A stretch of DNA of 64,000 nucleotides from Pseudomonas aeruginosa PAO1 (GTDB lineage Bacteria > Pseudomonadota > Gammaproteobacteria > Pseudomonadales > Pseudomonadaceae). Below are positions 40,808-48,328 of this stretch, one piece after another. The DNA is taken from assembly GCF_000006765.1 (NCBI RefSeq), contig NC_002516.2; one strand, 5' to 3'. The first letter of the stretch is position 1. Every line of letters begins with the position of its first letter. The notes under the pieces were generated by a model. The model did no database searches. It was not told where the DNA came from and was given only the letters and a program-made list of their open reading frames with translations. Position numbers and translations under genes: made by a program.

Positions 40808-42034
40808 TCAGGTGTTATTGCAGCCCTTGGCGATGGAGTCCTCGTTGGAGGTGTACGGCCGCGAGGGTTCCAGGTTCCACTCGGGCTTGTTGCGGGCGAC
40901 GTTGAAGTGGCAGACCAGTTGTCGGCGCATGCTGCCGATATTGCTGTCGCGGTTGTCCGGGTTGTCCTTCCATTCGCTGTCCAGGTAGTGGTCGACCACC
41001 AGTTCGTTGAAGAAATTGTTGGTCTGGTTGTCCTGGATCTTGCGCCCGCAATCGGTCGGTACCACTTCCAGGGTCATGATCTTCTTCCTGAAGCCCGGAT
41101 CGTCGCGCTCCACCCAGGTGGCGCTTTCCACATAGCGCTCGCAGGCATTCTTCTCGCTGGTCGGGTAGATCGCCTGCTTACGCCCGTCGTAGGCGAACTG
41201 CGCGTCCTGCTGGCGGGTCTGCGGCAGTCGCATGTTGATGATCGGGAGGAATGCCTGGACCGACTGATACCACTGGATCTGGTTGAGCCGAGCGCCCTCC
41301 AGGCCGGCGTCCTCGGTGTAGAACGCGGCGAGGATCGACGGCGACTTCGGCGGGTTTTCCTCCCACTTGGCCAGGCGCAGTTCGTTCTGGGTGGTGAAGG
41401 ATTCGTCGGCGATCTGCGCCATCGCCCGGATGCTCTGGTAGAAGGCCGGGCCGGCGGCGGTATTGCGCTCGTCGCGGACGTCGAAGGAGCACTGCCGCGA
41501 ATGGTCGCCGCGGTTCTGCCGGTAGTTCGCCGCCCACTGCTCGGCGGTGCTGACGTTGATGTCCTGGCAGGACTTCTCGACGCTGTTCGGCGTGCGCCGC
41601 GAATCGGTGCAACCCTGCTGGGCGCGGTCGTCGGTGGCGGCGTCGATGGGGAAGGAACAGAGCACCGCATAGTCTTGGTGGTCCTTCGGATTACCGAAGA
41701 TGGTGTCGAAGATGAAGCCACTCTTCAGGCCATAGGCGAGCTTGCGGTACTTGGCGTCCTTGCGCAGGTAGGAGGCGGAGACGCCGCCGCTTTTCTGGCT
41801 CTTCGGACTGATGCTGTAGAACATGTAGTCGGTCGAAGGCCAGGTGGCGCGGAACAGCACGCCGGAACAGAGGAATGCCGGCTTCGACGGTCCGCCGCAA
41901 TCCTGGCGGGTGTCGTTGTACAACTGGTTGAGCCGGGCGACCACGTCGTTGCCCCGGTCGGCCTGGGCCGCGGGTGTCAGCGCCAGGCCGGCGGCGGCGA
42001 GAAGGTAGAGAAAGGTGGATCTGCTTCCGTTCAT
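40808..42034 (-). CDS. Secreted halovibrin (Hvn)-like protein with C-terminal DUF2599-like domain, 408 aa
   Basis: Signal peptide; 'CSGVLFRAT', 'GVSASYL' and 'TQNELRL..W'; C-terminal 'SMRRQLVCH...WNLEPSRP...GCN'. Confidence 0.75.
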   Translation of the reverse strand: MNGSRSTFLYLLAAAGLALTPAAQADRGNDVVARLNQLYNDTRQDCGGPSKPAFLCSGVLFRATWPSTDYMFYSISPKSQKSGGVSASYLRKDAKYRKLAYGLKSGFIFDTIFGNPKDHQDYAVLCSFPIDAATDDRAQQGCTDSRRTPNSVEKSCQDINVSTAEQWAANYRQNRGDHSRQCSFDVRDERNTAAGPAFYQSIRAMAQIADESFTTQNELRLAKWEENPPKSPSILAAFYTEDAGLEGARLNQIQWYQSVQAFLPIINMRLPQTRQQDAQFAYDGRKQAIYPTSEKNACERYVESATWVERDDPGFRKKIMTLEVVPTDCGRKIQDNQTNNFFNELVVDHYLDSEWKDNPDNRDSNIGSMRRQLVCHFNVARNKPEWNLEPSRPYTSNEDSIAKGCNNT

Positions 42035-42601
42035 GGGATGGACTCCACGCAGGTTCGAAGGAGCGGGCCGGGGGCGGCCCGGTTGGTCCCGATGGGGACG
42101 AGCGCGACGGGCGGATCGCGGGGGATGAAGCGCTTGCGACGGCATGGCCGTCGGCGTTGGGACGTCAGTGGGACGTGGTGGCCCCAGTCTGCAACCGGGC
42201 GCTGCCGGGAATGCCGGGCGACCCCGGCGGGCGCTGGGCGGCGGGGGCCTGCCGAGCGCGTGGGGGAAGTCGCTCGAGGGAGGCGGTGAAGACCGCCGGC
42301 GGAGATACGAACAGGGTGGGTAGCGGGGCGGATACAGCGTCGATTCCGTTACGCATCGCAGGCCTCCTTTGCGCCGCGCCGATGGGCTTCCGTCTTACCG
42401 TTCGAGCCTAGAAGCGCGGGCCGCGCCGCTCCAGCGGCGGGGTGGCTAGCTAGCAAGGGGGATTAATGCATTCGCAACGGCGCTCGCTGCGATGCACCGT
42501 GGTCCGGCATCCACAGGCCACGCCGCTGCCAGGCAACCGTTCCTGGCCGCGCCTGTTGGCGGCGGCGTCGCCCTGCAAGCGCCAGGTATCGGGCTCCGCC
42601 G

Positions 42602-44149
42602 TCAGTCCATGTCGCCGCCATGGTGCGCGGACTGCTCCAGGAGGCTGCCCTTCGCCGTCCTGCCCCTCGCTTCCGGCGACAGCCGGGTTGCCTGCAAGGC
42701 GAACCAGAGGGTCGCCACATCGGCGGTGCTGTCCAGCGAGCGACCGCTGATTTCCTCGATGCGGCGTATCCGGTAGACCAGGCTCTGCTTGTGTATGTGT
42801 AGCCGCTGCGCGGCGTTCAACCAGGACCTGTTTTCCTCGAGAAAGACCTGCAGCGTGTGTAGCAGTGCGGAGCCATTGGCCGCGTCATAGTCGTGGAGGG
42901 CGCCGAGGACCAGACGGAACGCCCGCTCGGCCTCGGCGAGGCTTCTGGGTAGCCAGGGCGCCTCGTCGTCCAGTTCCGCGTAGCGACACAACGGTCGCCG
43001 GGAATGGCTGTGGGCCAGGGCCAGACGCGCTTCGCGCAAGGCCTCGGCGCAACGTTCGGCACGACGGAGCGGGGCGCTCACGCCCAGCGAGCTGTCCAGG
43101 GCTTCCTGCAGTGTCGAGGCGAGGCCTGCCTGGTGCAGCAGAATGATTTCCTGGCCTTGCGCGCGAACCAGCAGGCGTGAGTCGTGGCCCCGGAAAAGAC
43201 CGAAAGGGTCGGTCGCGAGCCCCTCGGAACTTGCCACGGAAACGACTGCGTCGTCGAGATCGAGCCCGGGCAGCAGTTCCTCCAGCCGCTCCTCGGCTTG
43301 TTCTCGGTATAGCCGTCGTTGCAGCAGGTCGTCGAGCAATTCCGAACCCAGGCGCAGGTGGCGTTCGCTTTCGACGCGCAGCCGTTCGATCTCTATGCCG
43401 AGCACTGCCGTCAGGTGGTGCAGGAGACTGTAGTCCGGCAGCCGCTCGCCCAGGGCTATCAGCAGGCAGTTCCGGTCGGAAGGAATGCCGATGCTGAGCG
43501 CTTCGCCTTCCGCGAGCGGATGGCGAAGGACCATCGGCTGCGGCTCCGCCTGCTCGCGACGGCGGTTGCGCAGCGCGTCGGCCAACTCCACGGGCAGCCC
43601 TGGCAGGCCTGGCTGCCAGGCCGCCAGGGTGTCGGGAACGATGAGGTAGAGGCTGCTCCGCACGTCCTTGCCGAGGCGTTGCAGCAGCGCCGGCAGGCCC
43701 AGTCCCTGCATGCTCAACCGGGCGCTTTCGTATATCCGGGCCAGGGCGTTGCGGCGCTCGTATTCGTCTTTCTGTCCCGCATCGACGATGGCCCGGGTCA
43801 CGGCGGCGAAAGGGACGCCGTAGTGGGTGAGAATCAACGGGAAGCCCAGGGCCTCGGCCGTCTCGCGTAGGGCATCGAGGTCGCTCGGGGCTTCCATGTT
43901 CTCGCCGATCATCATGCCTGCCAGGCCGGCCTCGGCCAGTCTTCGGACGTAACGCCGTTGCCGCTCGGCGTCGCTCGGTATGCCCAGCCCGGTGGTCATC
44001 AGCAGGTCACCCTCGCCGAGCCATTCGGTGGGGTCGTCGAGTTCGCAGACATGCGCCCAGCGAACCGGGCGGTCGAGGCCGCCGGCTCCGCTCAGCAGGC
44101 GCGAACGGAGTTCGGGGAGGGCGATCAGGTGGCGGATGCTCTGCGGCAT
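42602..44149 (-). CDS. PucR-family transcriptional regulator
   Basis: N-terminal 'LDRPVRWAHVCELDDPTEWLGEGDLLMTTG' and C-terminal HTH 'AAQRLHIHKQSLVYRIRRIEE'. Confidence 0.92.
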   Translation of the reverse strand: MPQSIRHLIALPELRSRLLSGAGGLDRPVRWAHVCELDDPTEWLGEGDLLMTTGLGIPSDAERQRRYVRRLAEAGLAGMMIGENMEAPSDLDALRETAEALGFPLILTHYGVPFAAVTRAIVDAGQKDEYERRNALARIYESARLSMQGLGLPALLQRLGKDVRSSLYLIVPDTLAAWQPGLPGLPVELADALRNRRREQAEPQPMVLRHPLAEGEALSIGIPSDRNCLLIALGERLPDYSLLHHLTAVLGIEIERLRVESERHLRLGSELLDDLLQRRLYREQAEERLEELLPGLDLDDAVVSVASSEGLATDPFGLFRGHDSRLLVRAQGQEIILLHQAGLASTLQEALDSSLGVSAPLRRAERCAEALREARLALAHSHSRRPLCRYAELDDEAPWLPRSLAEAERAFRLVLGALHDYDAANGSALLHTLQVFLEENRSWLNAAQRLHIHKQSLVYRIRRIEEISGRSLDSTADVATLWFALQATRLSPEARGRTAKGSLLEQSAHHGGDMD

Positions 44150-44212
44150 GTCCAGGAAACTCCAGGCATGGGCCTTCAGTGTAATCGCCCCGGGCGCAGG
44201 CAGCGCGCCCTG

Positions 44213-45445
44213 TCACCAACTGGCGGGCAGCATCCCCAGTGCCGAGGCGATCGCGTAGACCCCGCTGGAGGCGAACACCAGGACGATCAGCCCCTGTATC
44301 AGCGGATGGGCATACCAGCCGCAGCTGAATGCCGGCAGTTGGTCGCCGTGGCGCCGCGCCGCGTTGAGCAGGAGGATGGGGATGATGCCCATCAGTACGC
44401 CGCCGAAGGTACCGGCGAAGTACAGCGCGTTCACGAAGCCGCCGAGCCCCGCATAGGCCAGCAGGAACGGCGGGACCGAGACCGCGGCGAGCACCGCCAG
44501 GCGTTTGCGCCGGTTGGTTTCGCTGCCCAGGCGGAAGTGGTCGAAGATATTGGTGAACAGGCACCCGCCGAGTCCCCAGTAGGAGGTCAGCATCGCCAGC
44601 AAGGCGAAGGTGTTCGCCACGTAGTAGGCCCATTGGCCGAGGGAGCGTCCCCAGCTCAAGGTCGCCACCTCGCTGAGGTTGTCGGGGCCGACCAGGGCGA
44701 TGACCGAGGCAGGAATGGCCGCCACCAGCAGGAAGGTCAGCAGCATGCCGACCACGATCAGGCGCGGCACGCGCCCGGGGGTTGCCAGGTTGCCGCGCAC
44801 CAGCTCCGGAACCAGGAACTGCGCGCCGAACACGAAGACCGCCAGGTTGAACACTGGAACCACGTATTGCCACTGGCTCTGCCAAAGGTGGGCGAGACGG
44901 GCGTCGTCGTGCATCAGGGTAGCGCCGATGAGGATGCAGACGATGGCCACCATGCCGGCGCTGATCAGCTTCTCGCCCACGCCGAGCGCCTTCAGGCCCA
45001 GGTAGAGCACCAGCGCCGAGGGGACGAAGAAGATCAGGCTGCCGACCTGGCGCGTGAGGCCGTACTGGCCGAAGAACTCGAGCATGATGTTGCCGCTGCC
45101 GGTCATGTAGGCGACCAGGGCCCCGTAGCTGTTGGCCGCCACCGCGATGAAGATCAGCCAGCCGCCGAGCGGGCCCAGGTAACGCCGGGAGAGGCCGCTG
45201 AGCTGGTTGTTGCCGCGGGTTCTCAGGCAGGCTTCGGTCACGTAGAGCATGGTGACGATGCAGAAGAGGCAGGTCAGGGCCAGGCATACCAGCAACGGCA
45301 CGTAGCCGACCTTGCGGGCGGCGTAGGCCATGCTCAGCACGCCGGCGCCGATGTTGGTGCCGATGATGATCGCGATCGTCTCGAGCGAGCCCAGGGGATG
45401 GGCCTTGAGGCCCGATGCGTTGTCGTTCGCTTCTCGCATACCCAT
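44213..45445 (-). CDS. Aromatic amino acid permease family (HAAAP/Trp-Tyr-like) transporter
   Basis: 'IIIGTNIGAGVLSM', 'LLAMLTSYWGLG' and ~11 TM helices. Confidence 0.88.
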   Translation of the reverse strand: MGMREANDNASGLKAHPLGSLETIAIIIGTNIGAGVLSMAYAARKVGYVPLLVCLALTCLFCIVTMLYVTEACLRTRGNNQLSGLSRRYLGPLGGWLIFIAVAANSYGALVAYMTGSGNIMLEFFGQYGLTRQVGSLIFFVPSALVLYLGLKALGVGEKLISAGMVAIVCILIGATLMHDDARLAHLWQSQWQYVVPVFNLAVFVFGAQFLVPELVRGNLATPGRVPRLIVVGMLLTFLLVAAIPASVIALVGPDNLSEVATLSWGRSLGQWAYYVANTFALLAMLTSYWGLGGCLFTNIFDHFRLGSETNRRKRLAVLAAVSVPPFLLAYAGLGGFVNALYFAGTFGGVLMGIIPILLLNAARRHGDQLPAFSCGWYAHPLIQGLIVLVFASSGVYAIASALGMLPASW

Positions 45446-45489
45446 TTCTTGTTTCCTCTGTCAGGGCGGTGGAGTTCGGTTCTTCGGGG

Positions 45490-45837
45490 TCAGTCGAAGA
45501 TCAGGTAGGTCTTGCGCACGGTCTGGCGGATGTCCCAGGTGCCCTGGGTGGCAGCGGCGAAATAGAGCGCGTCGCCGGCGCGAAACTCCACGGCCTGGCC
45601 TTCGTCGGGGGTGAAGCGACCTTCACCGCTGACGATGTAGCTGTACTCGGCCTGCTCGACCTGTCGGCGGAAGCGCCCCGGGGTGCATTCCCAGATGCCG
45701 GTCACGCCGTTGCCGTCGGCGAGCGGGCGGTGGGCCGCGGTACGGGTCAGGGCTACCGGTTCGCCCAGGGGCTGGCCGACGGGCGTGGGCGAGGTGAAAG
45801 GACTTTCGTCGTCGAGACGGATGAGCGAAGGGTTCAT
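45490..45837 (-). CDS. Small cupin (DUF861/EutQ-like)
   Basis: 'TGIWECTPG', 'EYSYIVSG' and 'AGDALYF...GTWDIRQTVRKTY'. Confidence 0.88.
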   Translation of the reverse strand: MNPSLIRLDDESPFTSPTPVGQPLGEPVALTRTAAHRPLADGNGVTGIWECTPGRFRRQVEQAEYSYIVSGEGRFTPDEGQAVEFRAGDALYFAAATQGTWDIRQTVRKTYLIFD

Positions 45838-45849
45838 GCCATGGGCTCC

Positions 45850-47250
45850 TCAGGATTTGTCTTCAAGGCCGGCGGGGGCGAAGCGCGCGAGAAAGCGGTC
45901 GGTGGCCGAGGGCGCGGTACCGGCGAGTTCCGCGCGTTCCTTGCGCAGGACGGCGTTGCGCACCAGGGAGCCACCCAGGTAGCGCAGCGGCTCGGGGGGG
46001 AAGCTCCGGCAGCGGCGTTCTACCAGCGGACAACGGCTCCACGGGTCGTCGCGGCCGAGGGCGAGGCTGGCGAGGATCCGCCCGCCCAGGCGGCTCGGTC
46101 CCACGCCGTTGCCGCTCCAGCCGATGCCGTAGTGGATGTTCTCGTGCAGGCGGCCGAAGACCGGCAGGCTGTCGTAGGTACGGTCGATGGGGCCGGACCA
46201 GCCGTCGACCAGCGGGATGTCGCCTAGCGAGGGATAGGTGCGGCGGAAGTCGGCCTCGGTCAGGGCCAGGCTCTCCCGGTCGACGTCGAATACCCGGCCG
46301 ATGCGCGAGCCGTAGCTGAGGGCGCCGGTGCCCTTGCCGAAGGCGATGCGCCCGTCGCGGGTGGTGCGGTAGTAGTCCACCATCAGTTGGGAATCGGTGA
46401 TGGCTTCCCCGCCGGTCCAGCCGATTCGCTCCAGCCGTTGCGGTATCGCCTCGGTAACCGCGATGGAACTGTTCACCGGCACGATCAGCCTGGAGAGCCT
46501 GGGCAGGGCGGCCGACCAGGCGTTGGTCGCGAGAACCACCGCCTTGGCCTGAACCCGGGCCCCGGCGCTCAGCAGCTGTGCCGGCTGGCCGGGAACGATC
46601 TGGCTGACGCCACAACGCTCGTGGATTTCCACGCCGAGGGCCAGCGCCACGCGGCGCATGCCTTGCACCAGCAAGGCTGGTTGCACGGTGGCATTGCTGC
46701 GCTCGAAGACCCCGGCGAGATGCACCGGCGAACCGGTCCGGCGTGCCACTTCGCTGGCGTCGAGGCGTTCGAAGGGACTGACGCCGAGCCGTTCGCAGGC
46801 GGCGAGGGTATCGTTCCAGGCGTCGAGGTGGTGCGCCGTGGTGGCGGTCCACAGCCAGCCCTTCTGCTGGAAGTGCGCATCGATGTCATGCCGCGCGCAG
46901 AACTCCCCGAGTTCCTGGATCGCCCGCTCCGCGCTTTCGCCAAGGAAGCGCGCCTGCGCCTCGCTGCAGAAGCCCAGCAAGGTGCCGATCTTCGGCCACC
47001 AGGACATCACGAAACCACCGTTCCTGCCGGAAGCGCCGCCGCCGCAGACGTCCTGCTCCAGCAGCAGGACCCGTGCGTCCGGCTCCAGTTGCTTGAGGGT
47101 GATGGCGGTCCAGAGCCCGACGAAACCGCCGCCGACTATCGCCACGTCCGCCGAGTGGGTGCCGACGAGGGGGGCGCTGGTGGCGTCGGCCAGGTCGGTC
47201 GAGCGCATCCAGTGGCTGGGGGTCAGGGGAGGGGTGAGCGTGAGTTTCAT
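45850..47250 (-). CDS. FAD-dependent oxidoreductase (DAO/PuuB-like amine or amino-acid oxidase), 466 aa
   Basis: 'DVAIVGGGFVGLWTA', 'GGASGRNGG' and 'GWSGNGVG'. Start MKLTLT. Confidence 0.9.
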   Translation of the reverse strand: MKLTLTPPLTPSHWMRSTDLADATSAPLVGTHSADVAIVGGGFVGLWTAITLKQLEPDARVLLLEQDVCGGGASGRNGGFVMSWWPKIGTLLGFCSEAQARFLGESAERAIQELGEFCARHDIDAHFQQKGWLWTATTAHHLDAWNDTLAACERLGVSPFERLDASEVARRTGSPVHLAGVFERSNATVQPALLVQGMRRVALALGVEIHERCGVSQIVPGQPAQLLSAGARVQAKAVVLATNAWSAALPRLSRLIVPVNSSIAVTEAIPQRLERIGWTGGEAITDSQLMVDYYRTTRDGRIAFGKGTGALSYGSRIGRVFDVDRESLALTEADFRRTYPSLGDIPLVDGWSGPIDRTYDSLPVFGRLHENIHYGIGWSGNGVGPSRLGGRILASLALGRDDPWSRCPLVERRCRSFPPEPLRYLGGSLVRNAVLRKERAELAGTAPSATDRFLARFAPAGLEDKS

Positions 47251-47342
47251 GGCGCGGGTCCGGGGTCGCTGAATCTGGAGCAAGGGTGGCGAGCGGCGCC
47301 GTCCGCGACAATTGGACGCAACTAGGAATCGAGGAGGTGCTC

Positions 47343-47358
47343 TCGTACGATCGTATGA
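47343..47358. promoter_or_regulatory. Near-perfect 16-bp palindrome TCGTACGATCGTATGA, candidate operator of the oxidase-cupin-permease-PucR unit
   Basis: Dyad symmetry ~95 bp upstream of the oxidase start. Confidence 0.4.
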
Positions 47359-47443
47359 GTCTTGTGAAGGACAGGCCTGGTCGGGACTGCCCGCCCTGTC
47401 CGAGCGAGCTGGCAGGCCCGAGCGGCGCCGCTGAACCGGAGGC

Positions 47444-48142
47444 TCAGGCGTCGCGCAGTTCGAAGGCGGGAAACAGCTCTTCCAGTTCTCGCCATAGCTG
47501 CGCAGCGCCCTGCGGCGCGGGCTTCGCGAGAAGCTGCGGATCGAGCTGGCGGGCCGGGCGCGCCAGTTGTACGGCGAAGCGCTCCACGCCCATCTCGCGC
47601 AGGCGCGTCGCCAGGCGCCAGAGGCGTTCGCTATCGAACAAGCGCCAGTGCACCGTGGTCCGGCATTCGTAGGCCACGCCGCTGACCAGCAGGCATTCCA
47701 GGCTGCGCCAGTTGGCCGCGCCGCTGCCGTCCACGCCGGTAATGGCGGCGACGTCCTCGGCCGGCGCCTTGACGTCGAAGCCCACCCAGTCGCTCTGCGC
47801 CAGCACCCGGGCGAAGGCGCGGGGGTTGATGCCGGCGCTGTGCAGGCCGACGCGGAAGCCCAGTTCGCGGACCGTGCGCATGGCGTCGCCGAGGGCCGCC
47901 TGCAGGGTCGCCTCGCCGCCGCTGAAGACCACCGCCTGCAACAGGCCTTGGCGTCGGCGGAGGAAGTCGAGCAGGCGTGGCCAGGGGATTTCCTCCGCGC
48001 CGCGCGGCGCGATCAGTTCCGGGTTGTGGCAGTAGCGGCAGCGCCAGGCGCAGCCCTGGCAGAACAGCACGCAGGCGAGCAGGCCGGGGTAGTCGAGGGT
48101 GGTCAGGGGCACCAGGCCCCCGACCCTGAGCGTGGCGCTCAT
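47444..48142 (-). CDS. nrdG: Anaerobic ribonucleotide reductase activating radical-SAM enzyme
   Basis: 'CQGCAWRCRYCHNP' CxxxCxxC motif and 'VVFSGGEAT'. Confidence 0.95.
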   Translation of the reverse strand: MSATLRVGGLVPLTTLDYPGLLACVLFCQGCAWRCRYCHNPELIAPRGAEEIPWPRLLDFLRRRQGLLQAVVFSGGEATLQAALGDAMRTVRELGFRVGLHSAGINPRAFARVLAQSDWVGFDVKAPAEDVAAITGVDGSGAANWRSLECLLVSGVAYECRTTVHWRLFDSERLWRLATRLREMGVERFAVQLARPARQLDPQLLAKPAPQGAAQLWRELEELFPAFELRDA

Positions 48143-48285
48143 CGCGTCTCGCGGAAATGGCGGCGTTCGCGATGCTCGGACTGCTTGCCGGCATTGAACG
48201 CTGCCACGGGACGGTGGTAGCCCATCACGCGGGTCCAGACTTCGCAGCGCTGGCGCTGGTCTTCGGGCAACTGGTTGGGGTTCAT
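48139..48285 (-). CDS. 48-aa stand-alone glycyl-radical peptide of class III RNR (NrdD C-terminal fragment); absent from the ORF track
   Basis: Hand translation: MNPNQLPEDQRQRCEVWTRVMGYHRPVAAFNAGKQSEHRERRHFRETR*. AAGGAG SD upstream; TGA overlaps the nrdG ATG (ATGA). Confidence 0.9.
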   Translation of the reverse strand: MNPNQLPEDQRQRCEVWTRVMGYHRPVAAFNAGKQSEHRERRHFRETR

Positions 48286-48328
48286 CGGTGGTACTCCTTG
48301 CTGGTGGATGAAAGGAACGACAGGCGAC

